DNA of 62,377 nucleotides, the filler included, from Actinomycetota bacterium (GTDB lineage Bacteria > Actinomycetota > Actinomycetes > JAKEEW01), in NCBI GenBank assembly GCA_046725875.1. It is 5 parts of 5 records of this genome, joined end to end, with 100 filler letters (N's around TTAATTAATTAA, not from the genome) between each part and the next. Parts side by side here need not be neighbours in the genome. Positions count along the whole stretch, not along the records: positions 1 to 19,644 come from JBKOZJ010000178.1; 4 more parts are not named here. One strand, given 5' to 3'. Shown in pieces: positions 1 through 9,631 of the stretch. The notes beneath the pieces were generated by a model. It saw only the letters and a list, made by a program, of their open reading frames with translations, was not told the origin of the DNA and searched no databases. A program made the translations under genes and the position numbers. How positions within the stretch are numbered: the stretch's first letter is position 1; each line of letters starts with the position of its first letter.

Positions 1-612
1 ATCATGGGCCCGTCCGGGTCGGGGAAGTCAACGCTCTTGCACTGCATGGCCGGGCTGGACACGCTGACCTCGGGTAAGGCCTTCATCGGTGACGAGGACC
101 TCAGCGCCCTCGGCGATAAGGATCTCACCGTCCTTAGGCGGGACAGGATCGGTTTCGTGTTTCAGGCGTTTAACCTGGTCCCCACCCTGACCGCGCGCGA
201 GAACGTCACGCTGCCCTTGGCGCTGGCCGGCCGCAAGGGTGAGCAGGGCTGGGTCGACCAGGTCGTGAGCACTGTCGGCCTTGCCGACCGGATGGCCCAC
301 CGGCCGAGCGAGCTGTCTGGCGGTCAGCAGCAGCGGGTCGCCATCGCGCGGGCGCTGGCCAGCCGCCCGCAGATCATCTTCGCCGACGAGCCGACCGGGA
401 ATCTCGACTCCCGGTCTGGTGCCGAGGTGTTGGGGTTTTTGCGTCGCGCGGTCGATGAGATGGGGCAGACGGTCGTCATGGTCACTCACGATCCGAGCGC
501 GGCTGGCTACGCCGATCGTGTCCTGTTCCTCGCGGACGGGAGGCTGGTCGACGAGATGTCACATCCGACGTCCGCGCTGGTGCTCGATCGGATGAAGAAG
601 TTCGGGGACTGA
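1..612 (+). CDS. ABC transporter ATP-binding protein (LolD/MacB type), 5' truncated by window
   Basis: Walker A GPSGSGKST, signature LSGGQQQR, Walker B IIFADEPTGNLD, VTHD switch. Confidence 0.95.
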   Translation: MMGPSGSGKSTLLHCMAGLDTLTSGKAFIGDEDLSALGDKDLTVLRRDRIGFVFQAFNLVPTLTARENVTLPLALAGRKGEQGWVDQVVSTVGLADRMAHRPSELSGGQQQRVAIARALASRPQIIFADEPTGNLDSRSGAEVLGFLRRAVDEMGQTVVMVTHDPSAAGYADRVLFLADGRLVDEMSHPTSALVLDRMKKFGD

Positions 613-617
613 GCGGC

Positions 618-3170
618 ATGTTCCGGGTCACCGTCAAGGGCATTCTCGCCCACAAGTCCCGCCTGGCCATTACCGCGCTGGCGGTGATGCTCGGCGTCGC
701 GTTCATGGCGGGCACGCTCGTGCTCACCGACACGGTCCGCAACACCTTCGACGACCTGTTCGGGGATGTCTACAAGGGCACCGACGCGGTCGCCCGCGAG
801 AAGGCCGCTTTCAGCGATCCGGAGGGCGCCGGTGACGTGCGCGGACGGGTCGACGCGTCGCTGGTTGACACGGTCGCTGGGGTCGACGGGGTGGCAACGG
901 CGGAGGGGATCATCCAGGGCTACACCCGCATCATCGACAAGAACGGCGACGCGATCGGCGACCCCGAGGCGGGCGCGCCTACCTTCGGGGGCAACTGGAA
1001 CGCGTCGCCCGATCTCAACCCGTTCGTGATCGTGGCGGGACGGCCGCCAGCTGCCGACAACGAGATCGTCATTGACAAGAAGAGCGCCGACGACGCCGGC
1101 TTCCGCGTGGGCGAGACGGTAACTGTGCTGGTCCACGGCCCGCCACAGCACCTGCTGCTCTCAGGCATCGCCAAGTTCGGGGACGCGGACAGCCCCGGCG
1201 GCGCCTCCTATGTGCTGTTCACCACCGCCGCCGCGCAGCGCCTGGTCGCCGAGCCGGGGAAGTTCGACAGCGTCGCGGCCGTCGCCGATCAGGGCCTGTC
1301 GCAGCGGGAGCTCGCCGACCGGATTGGCGCGGTGGCGCCTTCCGGTGTCGAGGTGGTGACCGGCGAGGAGATCACCGAGGAGAGCCAGAACGACATCGAG
1401 GAGAACCTGTCGTTCTTCAACACGTTCATGCTGATCTTTGCCGTGGTGGCGCTGCTCGTCGGCTCGTTCATCATCTTCAACACGTTCTCGATCACGGTCG
1501 CGCAGCGCACCCGGGAGAACGCGCTGCTGCGGGCCGTCGGAGCGAGCAAGCGGCAGGTGCTGGGCTCGGTCCTCATAGAAGCCGTGATCGTGGCCTTGGT
1601 CGCCTCCCTCATCGGGCTGGTGGCGGGGCTTGCCGTCGCTGCCGGGCTCAAGGCCCTCCTGGCCGGGTTCGGCTTCGACATTCCGGCCGGGTCGCTTGTG
1701 GTCACGCCCACGAGCGTGGTGATCTCCCTCGTCGTCGGGGTGGTTATCACCGTCGTGGCCGCGCTTTCGCCGGCCCGCAAGGCGGGGAAGGTGCCGCCGG
1801 TGGCGGCGATGCGGGACGTGGAGGTGGGCAGCGTCGGCTACGGGTCGAAGCTTCGCGTCGTGGTGGGCAGTGTCGTGCTTGGGCTCGGCGTCCTGTCGCT
1901 GCTCGCGGGGCTGTTCGGCGGCGGGTCCGCCGCCCTACCACTCGTCGGCCTCGGCGCCCTGTCGGTCTTCTTCGGCGTGTCCATACTCGGGCGCACTGTC
2001 GCCCTGCCGCTCAGCCGGGGGATCGGCGCCTTGCTTCCCCGTCTGAGGGGCATCACCGGGACCCTGGCCCGGGAGAACGCCATGCGCAACCCGAAGCGGA
2101 CCGCTGCCACCGCCTCCGCCTTGATGATTGGCGTTGGCTTGATCGCGTTCATCTCGATCTTCGCCGCGTCGACCAAGGCGTCGACCAACGCCACGATCGA
2201 TAAGTCGTTCACCGGAGACTTTGTGATCGACTCGGGCGCCTTCGGGACCGGCGGGCTCGACCCCGGACTCGCCGCGAGGCTCAACGACCTCCCTGAGGTC
2301 AAGGCGGCCGCAGGAGTGCGAGTAGGTGCCGCCCAGATCAGTGGCGGATCCAAGCAGGTGCTTGGCGTCGACCCCGCCACCGCATTCGACGTCATCGACG
2401 TTCAACCGCTCCAGGGCAACCCGACCGACCTCCACGGTAATTCGATCGCCCTGTTCGAGGACGTCGCCGACGCCGACAACCTCGCCGTTGGCGACACGGT
2501 GCCGGTGGTCTTCAAGGACACCGGGCCCCAACAGCTCACCGTGGCGATGATCTACGGGGAGAACCAGCCCGCGGGCGACTACCTGCTCGGGATCGACACG
2601 TACGAGGCCAACTTCGCCGACCAGTACGACGCCTTCGTCTTCATCGACAAGGCCGACGGCGTCAGCACCGCCAGCGCCCTCGCCGCCGTGGAGGGCGTCG
2701 CGAAGGACTACCCCGGCGCCGACGTGCGCGATCGCAGCGGCTTCAAGGAGGATCTGTCCAGGCCCGTCGACCAGCTGCTCAATTTGATCTACGTCCTGCT
2801 TCTGCTGGCGGTCTTCATCGCGCTACTCGGCATCGGGAACACGCTCGCGCTATCGATCCTGGAGCGCACCCGCGAAGTCGGCCTGCTGCGCAGCGTGGGC
2901 ATGACCCGCCCGCAGCTCCGCTCAACCATCAGGTGGGAGTCCGTGATCATCGCCATCCAAGGAACCCTGCTAGGGCTGGCGATCGGCTTGTTCTTTGGTT
3001 GGGCGCTGGTCCAAGCACTGAGCGACGAGGGCATCGACCGCTTCCAGATCCCCTGGCTCACCCTGGCCATCGTCCTCATCCTGGCCGGCTTGGCGGGGGT
3101 CCTTGCCGCAGTCCTCCCTGCCCGCCGCGCCGCCAAACTCGACGTCCTCCGCGCCATCACCACCGAGTAG
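618..3170 (+). CDS. FtsX/MacB-like ABC transporter permease (duplicated FtsX domains)
   Basis: 850 aa, two periplasmic plus TM halves, motifs QRTRENALLRAVGA and ERTREVGLLRSVGM; 5 nt after the ATPase. Confidence 0.93.
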   Translation: MFRVTVKGILAHKSRLAITALAVMLGVAFMAGTLVLTDTVRNTFDDLFGDVYKGTDAVAREKAAFSDPEGAGDVRGRVDASLVDTVAGVDGVATAEGIIQGYTRIIDKNGDAIGDPEAGAPTFGGNWNASPDLNPFVIVAGRPPAADNEIVIDKKSADDAGFRVGETVTVLVHGPPQHLLLSGIAKFGDADSPGGASYVLFTTAAAQRLVAEPGKFDSVAAVADQGLSQRELADRIGAVAPSGVEVVTGEEITEESQNDIEENLSFFNTFMLIFAVVALLVGSFIIFNTFSITVAQRTRENALLRAVGASKRQVLGSVLIEAVIVALVASLIGLVAGLAVAAGLKALLAGFGFDIPAGSLVVTPTSVVISLVVGVVITVVAALSPARKAGKVPPVAAMRDVEVGSVGYGSKLRVVVGSVVLGLGVLSLLAGLFGGGSAALPLVGLGALSVFFGVSILGRTVALPLSRGIGALLPRLRGITGTLARENAMRNPKRTAATASALMIGVGLIAFISIFAASTKASTNATIDKSFTGDFVIDSGAFGTGGLDPGLAARLNDLPEVKAAAGVRVGAAQISGGSKQVLGVDPATAFDVIDVQPLQGNPTDLHGNSIALFEDVADADNLAVGDTVPVVFKDTGPQQLTVAMIYGENQPAGDYLLGIDTYEANFADQYDAFVFIDKADGVSTASALAAVEGVAKDYPGADVRDRSGFKEDLSRPVDQLLNLIYVLLLLAVFIALLGIGNTLALSILERTREVGLLRSVGMTRPQLRSTIRWESVIIAIQGTLLGLAIGLFFGWALVQALSDEGIDRFQIPWLTLAIVLILAGLAGVLAAVLPARRAAKLDVLRAITTE

Positions 3171-3293
3171 CCGTCCCGTTCGGGTGGCACCTGCGATGGT
3201 CACCCACTAGGAACCGAATAGGAGATGCGGCAGCTCGCAGTCATCGAAGGTCATCGAGGAGGCGGCGAGCCGCCATTTCGACCCCAGTGGCAC

Positions 3294-3725
3294 TCAGTCA
3301 TCCTGGCTACCGCGTACGACGGGAAATCTCACGCCGGTTATCGTCGTCCGCCCAATCCGGACATACCACTGTTTCTCTCCACCCGGCCAGGGCAAGAGCG
3401 GAAGCTCCTCCGCAGCGTAGATGTCGGGAAAGTGTTCAAGACGCTCTGCCATCCCCTTGACGACGACGCTCCATGCTTCGCCGCTGCCTTCGTCGTATCC
3501 GTCGCTCTCCAAGGCCACCCGAGGGGACGCGGTCACAGCGAACAGCTTGGTGCCTTCGGCGGTCTTGAACACCGCAGTGTGACCGTCGACCACGAAGTTG
3601 ATTGGGAATATCTCCGGCTCTCCGGCGAGGATCACAGCCAGTCGACCGACCTTGGCTGCCTGCAGCAAGCGCCAGCATTCGTCCTCACCGAGAACGGTGA
3701 CACCACTGTCCGAACCGGTCTTCAT
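3294..3725 (-). CDS. Pyridoxamine 5'-phosphate oxidase-like (split-barrel flavin/F420-binding) protein
   Basis: ECWRLL..VGRLA..PEIFPINF..FKTAEGTKL..WSVVVKG pattern typical of the Pyridox_ox_2 family. Confidence 0.85.
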   Translation of the reverse strand: MKTGSDSGVTVLGEDECWRLLQAAKVGRLAVILAGEPEIFPINFVVDGHTAVFKTAEGTKLFAVTASPRVALESDGYDEGSGEAWSVVVKGMAERLEHFPDIYAAEELPLLPWPGGEKQWYVRIGRTTITGVRFPVVRGSQDD

Positions 3726-3888
3726 CTAGTGAGGATGGCATGTTAGCTGTGCCGAGGTCACGCGATCCCGCAACCGCTCTACTAGGCCATCGACGATCTC
3801 GACCGCGGTCTCCGGTTGAGATGGGCGGACCGCGTGAAGATCCGTCCCACCTGTACCCGCGATGCGATGCGTGTGCTCGGGGTCGGCT

Positions 3889-4143
3889 TTACGGCATCAG
3901 CACGAGCTTTCCCTTCGATGCCGAGCTCTCGAGCAGCTCGTGCGCCCGGCGCGCGTCGGACAGCGGCAGGCGCTCCGCGACGACCGGGTGGATCTTCTCG
4001 GCTCGAAGCAGCTCGAGCAGCGCACGAAAGTCCTCCCCGAACCACTCTGCGTTGCGTGGGCCTCCCCCGACGGGGAGGGCTGGGTGACCTCGACCGATGG
4101 GGAGGGCCTGGTGCCCCTCGCGCAGCTTCTGAATGCGGTTGAA
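3889..4143 (-). pseudogene. C-terminal remnant of a medium-chain dehydrogenase/reductase
   Basis: LLRAEKIHPVVAERLPLSDARRAHELLESSASKGKLVL is an MDR C-terminus; no recognisable N-terminal part upstream. Confidence 0.7.
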
Positions 4144-4278
4144 GGGGCGGCTCGCACCGAACACACCTCGGAACCGGCCGGACGGCAAGCGTCGCCCGTT
4201 GTCCTTCGGACCACGTCGGATACGTGGGTGCTGCGGTGCTAGGCCAAACGTCCTGGCCGCCATGGGCCTTCCGGCCGG

Positions 4279-4696
4279 CTACTGACGTCTCCGACACTCG
4301 GTCTCTAACGACCAGAGCCTGCGCGCGTAGAGCGCGAGGTGCTCAACGATCCAGGGCGTGATCAGGATGGTAATCGGCTCGGCTGCGCCGTGTCCGGCTG
4401 CCGAGCCGACGACTACGTCGATCTTGTCGTCACCGATCCGGGCCGGGCGTATCTCCTCCCCGTCGCCCTCAGCAAGCTGAATCTCGGCGGCCGATGACGG
4501 GGGTGACCACCAACGCGAGAGGTCGAACGCTTCCCTGGGGGCTAACGGCAATGACCGCAGCGACCTCGACGGCGTCGGCCAGAACCCCGCGCATCAGCCC
4601 CATGAGGTGCCGGGGCTCACGGAGCCGTTCCCGTAGCTGCGGCCACAGCTCTCGCTCGGCGTCGGTCAGTCCGATGGCTGAATGGGATCCGCACAT
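4279..4696 (-). pseudogene. Frameshifted hypothetical protein
   Basis: MCGSHSAIG..RPLALVVTPVI continues as AAEIQLAEG..EPITILITPWIVEHL in another frame if one extra base near 4492 is removed; the two halves share a P(L/I)x(L/I)xxTPxI motif. Confidence 0.5.
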
Positions 4697-4703
4697 CAGG
4701 CGC

Positions 4704-6329
4704 TCACGGCCCGCGAAGCACCCAGCGGCGTAGGTAAGCGGTGAGGCCGTCGCGATCAATGCTGCCGGACCGGTAGCCGACATGTCCGTCTGGGCGTACC
4801 AGGTAGACGGCGTGGGCGCGGTTGGCGACACCGAGGCGGCGCATGGCAGTCCCCGTTGGATCTCGCAACACCTGGGCGTCAAGCGGTCTCCCCGCCTCCC
4901 GATTCTCAGCGGGAATGATTCGGTGGACGGCGACCGGTCCGGCATACCGCGCCCAGGGCAACTCGGCCCACCACTCCGGGGTCGATCCACACAGCAGCAG
5001 ATGCCAGCCGGGCGTCGCGATCGCCGCATGCAGGCTTGAGGCCTGACCATCGCTAATGATGGATGCATCCGGCACTCGGTCGCCGGCCTTCGGGCCACGC
5101 CGCGGCGCCTGCGGCCCATCGACGGACAGGGGACTCGAGCGGTATCGGATGGACAGCTGCGCGAGCGTCCGGAATGCGATCCCCCGGGCCCTCCTCGCCT
5201 TGAGGGCAAGTGGAAACACCACCGGCACCACGCGGACACGGGCGAACCGGACCACCCGATTCGTCGAAGTAGCAATGGTGAAGGCACGATCGGTGAAGCG
5301 CAGGACCATCCGCCCGACCGGAGCCCGTTCGGGCTCGTACGTGTCGAGGACCGTCGGATCGGTCTGTCCGCGCACGGTGTAAGCCAGCTTCCAGCCGAGG
5401 TTGACGGCATCCTGGATACCGGTGTTCATGCCCTGAGCACCGGCAGGGCTGTGGATGTGAGCAGCGTCACCCGCTAGGAACACTCGCCGTGTCCGGTAGT
5501 GGGTCGCCGCTCGATGGTGGATCCGGAAGTTCGTCATCCACACCGGGTCTCGAACGACCACCGCACCATCGGTGTACGCGTCGGCCAATGCTTGGACCTC
5601 GCCGAGCGACACCTGGGAGCCGGGCGGTGCAACATCACTCGGGCGCATCGCCAGCAGCCGCCACGTCGTGGGGGACCCGAGCGGGAAGAAGAACAGCTGC
5701 CCATGCTCGGTAACGAAGACGTGTGCGGCATCGGGAGCTATGCCGTCGGCCTCGAGATCAGCAAGGACAAAGGTTTGCGGGTAGGAGCCGCCTTCGAACC
5801 CGATCCCGGCGAGAGTCCGGACGGTACTATGCGCGCCGTCGCAGCCGACGACGTACCGCGCCGATACGCGTTCCATTCGACCGCCATCGTGCCGCAGCTC
5901 CGCCACAACCTCGTCCGATCCGGGCTCGAGCACGACGAGCTCGACACCGCGTTCAACGGCAACTTGTTGGCGAGCGAGGTGGTCGCCGAGGATGCGCTCG
6001 GTCTCGGCTTGGGACAAGAACAGCAGGTACGGGTAGGCGGTGTCGGCCAGACCGAGGTCGAACAACGGCAATGTCACCTCCCGACCGCGGGCATGGAGCC
6101 GGAGCCGCACTCCCCGGTTGCCGTACTCGATCAATGCGTCGGTGATGCCGAGCCCGGCCAGGACCTCGAGGGTGCGGGGCTGAATCCCGAGTGCTCGTGA
6201 CTCGTGCACCCAGTCCAGTCCCCGGTCGACCAGTCTCGGCCGGACGCCGTGGGCCGCCAACTGGGCAGCCAGCGTTAGGCCAGTCGGTCCCGCACCCACG
6301 ACCAACACATCGACCGTCTGGTCGGCCAT
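4704..6329 (-). CDS. FAD-dependent monooxygenase (FAD_binding_3 / PheA-TfdB-like)
   Basis: VGAGPTG, VGCDGAHSTVR, LAGDAAHIHSPAGAQGMNTGIQDA, C-terminal LVRPDGHV. Confidence 0.93.
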   Translation of the reverse strand: MADQTVDVLVVGAGPTGLTLAAQLAAHGVRPRLVDRGLDWVHESRALGIQPRTLEVLAGLGITDALIEYGNRGVRLRLHARGREVTLPLFDLGLADTAYPYLLFLSQAETERILGDHLARQQVAVERGVELVVLEPGSDEVVAELRHDGGRMERVSARYVVGCDGAHSTVRTLAGIGFEGGSYPQTFVLADLEADGIAPDAAHVFVTEHGQLFFFPLGSPTTWRLLAMRPSDVAPPGSQVSLGEVQALADAYTDGAVVVRDPVWMTNFRIHHRAATHYRTRRVFLAGDAAHIHSPAGAQGMNTGIQDAVNLGWKLAYTVRGQTDPTVLDTYEPERAPVGRMVLRFTDRAFTIATSTNRVVRFARVRVVPVVFPLALKARRARGIAFRTLAQLSIRYRSSPLSVDGPQAPRRGPKAGDRVPDASIISDGQASSLHAAIATPGWHLLLCGSTPEWWAELPWARYAGPVAVHRIIPAENREAGRPLDAQVLRDPTGTAMRRLGVANRAHAVYLVRPDGHVGYRSGSIDRDGLTAYLRRWVLRGP

Positions 6330-6530
6330 GGTCACACCCTAAGGCGGTCCGTAATGTCGTGCGCGACCGCGGCGCATCAACGAGTACGCCCGCCGATGGC
6401 GATGCTCTGCGAGAACTGCGCCTCCTGACGTACCCAAGTGTCGACCCACGCACGACGCGAGCCGACATCGTCAGACGGCACCGTGGACGGTATCGCCCCA
6501 CACCGGGGCAGTCACGGAAGGGAGTCCATT

Positions 6531-7037
6531 GTGACCGTCCACACACCCAGTCGCGGACAGCTGCTAGGGCCGACGGCGCACCGCATGGTCGATTCGATGC
6601 GCGGCGTCCTCAGCCGCTACAGCATCGACATGCTGCGAGTGAGTCTAGGTCTGGTGTTCCTTGGTTTCGGTTCGCTGAAGTTCATTCCAAACGCCAGCCC
6701 GGCCGAGGAGCTTGCCAAGCGCACCCTCGACACTCTCACGTTCGGACTGATAGAAGGATCTGCGGCCGTGCTGCTGACCGCGGCGATGGAGGTCTTCATC
6801 GGCTTGACCCTCGTCACCGGAAAGCTGCTGAAGACTGGACTCGTCGTACTGGCCGGTGCTCTCGTCGGCATCATGTCACCGCTCGTGCTGTTCTTCGGCG
6901 ATCTGTTTCCGGGCTGGCCGACGCTTGAAGCGCAGTACGTCCTCAAGGACATCATCCTCGCCTCGGCCGGCCTCGTGGTCGGAGCGAAGGCCCTCGGCGC
7001 CCGCCTAGTCCCGCCCTCCAGCTCGCCAGCCGGCTAA
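6531..7037 (+). CDS. DoxX family membrane protein
   Basis: LRVSLGLVFLGFGSLKF..SPAE and QYVLKDIIL motifs, 4 hydrophobic segments; GTG start chosen after GGAG at ~6521. Confidence 0.8.
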   Translation: MTVHTPSRGQLLGPTAHRMVDSMRGVLSRYSIDMLRVSLGLVFLGFGSLKFIPNASPAEELAKRTLDTLTFGLIEGSAAVLLTAAMEVFIGLTLVTGKLLKTGLVVLAGALVGIMSPLVLFFGDLFPGWPTLEAQYVLKDIILASAGLVVGAKALGARLVPPSSSPAG

Positions 7038-7054
7038 CTCCATCTCGGCAAGAC

Positions 7055-7085
7055 TGGCGGGCGGGTAACGGCGCCCCACCCGCCA
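7055..7085 (+). terminator. GC-rich hairpin after DoxX gene
   Basis: tggcgggcggg / cccacccgcca 11-bp arms with one mismatch, 17 nt after stop; no U tract. Confidence 0.4.
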
Positions 7086-7173
7086 TGGCGGTCTGCGCGA
7101 CCGAGGTGTCCGCCATTTCAGCAGATCGACCGTCTGCGCAGGTCATACCGCTAGAGCGGCCTCCCAGCAAGGG

Positions 7174-7210
7174 AGGGCTTCCGACCCTTCCCGTCCGGGA
7201 CCAATGGCAC
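7174..7210. promoter_or_regulatory. Candidate tandem DosR/DevR-like boxes upstream of multicopper oxidase
   Basis: GGGACCAATGGCAC at 7197-7210 and AGGGCTTCCGACCC at 7174-7187. Confidence 0.4.
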
Positions 7211-7293
7211 GTGAAGCATCGTCGCTCGCAAACCGACACTAAGAGGACAGGGCCAGAGGGTCCCACCAGCGTAATGACGGGGGGTAGCAAGCA

Positions 7294-9390
7294 ATGACTC
7301 CGATCGATGCCGAGGCGCGCAGACCGCTTACCCGGCGATCCTTCATCAAAGCAGTAGGGGGAGCGGGCGCTGCGTTCGTCCTCTACTCCTACCTGCCCGG
7401 CGGCACGAAAGTGGCCTGGGCCCAGATCCCAGGCGGCACGCTCGACCCGCTGTCGGTGCCGAAGTACGTGACGCCGATGCTCATCCCGCCGGTCATGCCG
7501 CGGGCCGGCACCATCATGATGCCTGGCGGCAAGCCCGGCGACTACTACGAGATCTCGATGCGGCAGTTCTCGCAGCAGATCCTGCCTGCGGGTCTGCCAG
7601 CGACAACCGTGTGGGGATACGGCGCCCTTTCGTCGGGGAGCAACAGAGGCGTACTGCTGCATCACGCTCCTTCGCTCACCATCGAGGCGAGATGGAACCG
7701 ACCGGTTCGGGTTAAGTGGATCAACGACCTCGTTGATGGGAGCGGGAACTACCTGCCGCATCTGCTGCCGGTTGACCAGACCCTGCACTGGGCGAACCCA
7801 CCCGGCGGGACGACCGGACGCGACATGCGGCCGATGTTCGAAGCGACCCCAGGCCCCTACACGGGTCCGGTGCCGATCGTGACCCACCTCCATGGAGCGT
7901 CCGGAGTCGGCGACGAGAGCGACGGCTACGCCGAGGCGTGGTACCTGCCGGCCGCCAAGAACATCTCCGCCGGATACGCTACGGAGGGCACCTGGCATGA
8001 CTTCTTCAAGAACAAGGCCTCTAAGAAGTTCGGCGTCACATGGGGGCCGGGGTTCGCGGTCTTCAACTACCCAAACAACCAGCGCGAGTCGACGCTCTGG
8101 TATCACGACCATGCGCTCGGCATGACCCGTCTCAACGTGTACGCGGGACCGGCGGGCTTCTTCCTGCTCCGCGGCGGGCCGGAAGGGGATAAGGCCATCC
8201 TCGACAGCCGCACTGGCACGACCGCCGTTCTCCCGAGCCCGGCGCCGAAGGAATCCGACGGGCTTTCGCCCAACAAGACCTTCTACGAGATCCCGATCGC
8301 GATCCAGGACCGGTCCTTTAACCAAGACGGCTCGCTGTTCTACCCCAACAGTCGGGCGTTCTTCGACGGAGCCACCGCTGAGAACCCGGGCTTCATCCCG
8401 TTCACCGACCTCTCACCGATCTGGAACCCAGAGTTCTTCGGGAACATGATCATGGTGAACGGGAACACGTGGCCCTTCCAGACCGTCGAGAAGCGGCGCT
8501 ACCGACTCCGCTTCCTGAACGGCTGCCAGTCCCGCTTCCTGATCCTGGACTTCAACAACATTCCTGGCGTGGAGGTCTGGCAGATAGGAAACGAGGGCGG
8601 CTTCCTGTCCAGGCCCGTAAATCTCACGGCCGGAAACGGCAATCGGCTATTGATGGGACTCGCGGAGCGCGCCGACCTGATCGTCGACTTCACCAACGTG
8701 CCGGTCGGGAACTACGTCCTCCACAACGTCGGGCCGGACGAGCCGTTCGGCGGCGGCGAGCCGCCCGGCGACTTCGATACCGCCGACCCGGCCACGACGG
8801 GACAGGTCATGCAGTTCCGTGTCGTCCCGCCGGTGGCCGCCGACCCGACGACACCACCGCAGTTCCTGGTACTCCCGGCCATCACTCCGCTTCCTGCGGC
8901 CACCACGACCCGGCCGCTGGCGCTCCTCGAGCAGGGGTCGGAGTTCTGGGACGGACCGGCGGAGGCCACGCTCGGCGTCGTTGATGGCGCCGGCTTTCCG
9001 ACGTCCGAAAAATGGGAGGACCCGGTCACCAGCAACCCGACGGTGGGCGACACGGAGGTCTGGGAGTTCCACAACTTCACCGCCGACGCTCACCCGATGC
9101 ACGTCCACGAGGTCGCCTTCGAGGTGGTCAACCGGCAGGCGTTGGTCACGAACGAGGACGGCGAGACGGTTCCGCCGTCCCAGCTCGTCGGCAAACCGCG
9201 GCCACCCGAGGCCTGGGAGAGCGGCTTCAAGGACACCGTCATCTCCTATCCGGGCGAGGTGACTCGCCTCCGGCTCAGGTTCACCAACCCAGGCCAGTTC
9301 GTCTGGCACTGCCACATCGTCGAGCACGAGGACAACGAGATGATGCGGCCCTACCGGATCGGCCCGCTCCAGCCGGGCCAGCCTGGATAA
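7294..9390 (+). CDS. Tat-exported multicopper oxidase (CotA/bilirubin oxidase-like)
   Basis: Twin-arginine LTRRSFIK; all four copper motifs THLHG, WYHDH, HPMHVH, WHCHIVEHEDNEMM. Confidence 0.93.
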   Translation: MTPIDAEARRPLTRRSFIKAVGGAGAAFVLYSYLPGGTKVAWAQIPGGTLDPLSVPKYVTPMLIPPVMPRAGTIMMPGGKPGDYYEISMRQFSQQILPAGLPATTVWGYGALSSGSNRGVLLHHAPSLTIEARWNRPVRVKWINDLVDGSGNYLPHLLPVDQTLHWANPPGGTTGRDMRPMFEATPGPYTGPVPIVTHLHGASGVGDESDGYAEAWYLPAAKNISAGYATEGTWHDFFKNKASKKFGVTWGPGFAVFNYPNNQRESTLWYHDHALGMTRLNVYAGPAGFFLLRGGPEGDKAILDSRTGTTAVLPSPAPKESDGLSPNKTFYEIPIAIQDRSFNQDGSLFYPNSRAFFDGATAENPGFIPFTDLSPIWNPEFFGNMIMVNGNTWPFQTVEKRRYRLRFLNGCQSRFLILDFNNIPGVEVWQIGNEGGFLSRPVNLTAGNGNRLLMGLAERADLIVDFTNVPVGNYVLHNVGPDEPFGGGEPPGDFDTADPATTGQVMQFRVVPPVAADPTTPPQFLVLPAITPLPAATTTRPLALLEQGSEFWDGPAEATLGVVDGAGFPTSEKWEDPVTSNPTVGDTEVWEFHNFTADAHPMHVHEVAFEVVNRQALVTNEDGETVPPSQLVGKPRPPEAWESGFKDTVISYPGEVTRLRLRFTNPGQFVWHCHIVEHEDNEMMRPYRIGPLQPGQPG

Positions 9391-9430
9391 CCCGGCGCTG
9401 ACGTAGACCGGCGTTTGCGCTTGTGCGTGC

Positions 9431-9502
9431 AGGCCCCTACTTCCTCGGTCAGAAGGGCCCCTCGGCGGGGAGGGCCCCCTTCGCCGGGTCAGGTAGGGGC
9501 CT
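9431..9502. repeat. Nested inverted repeat between oxidase and P-loop enzyme genes
   Basis: aggcccctac (9431-9440) is the exact reverse complement of gtaggggcct (9493-9502); inner gaagggcccctc/gagggcccccttc arms. Confidence 0.55.
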
Positions 9503-9631
9503 TCACGGCGACCAGCCATTACGTGATATACGTCGACATCGCGCGACCGCTGGGCTGGCCGTACGTCGCCCGAGCCGTTAATCGGCGAGCGGCGCCACAA
9601 AGCACGTCGGGCTAGGTGACGGAGGAAACAT

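Noticed and set aside
6952..8325. Long antisense ORFs (also 8647-9762, 19689-20579, 24032-25417, 49086-50060)
   Set aside because: Shadow frames of well-supported genes, expected in high-GC DNA
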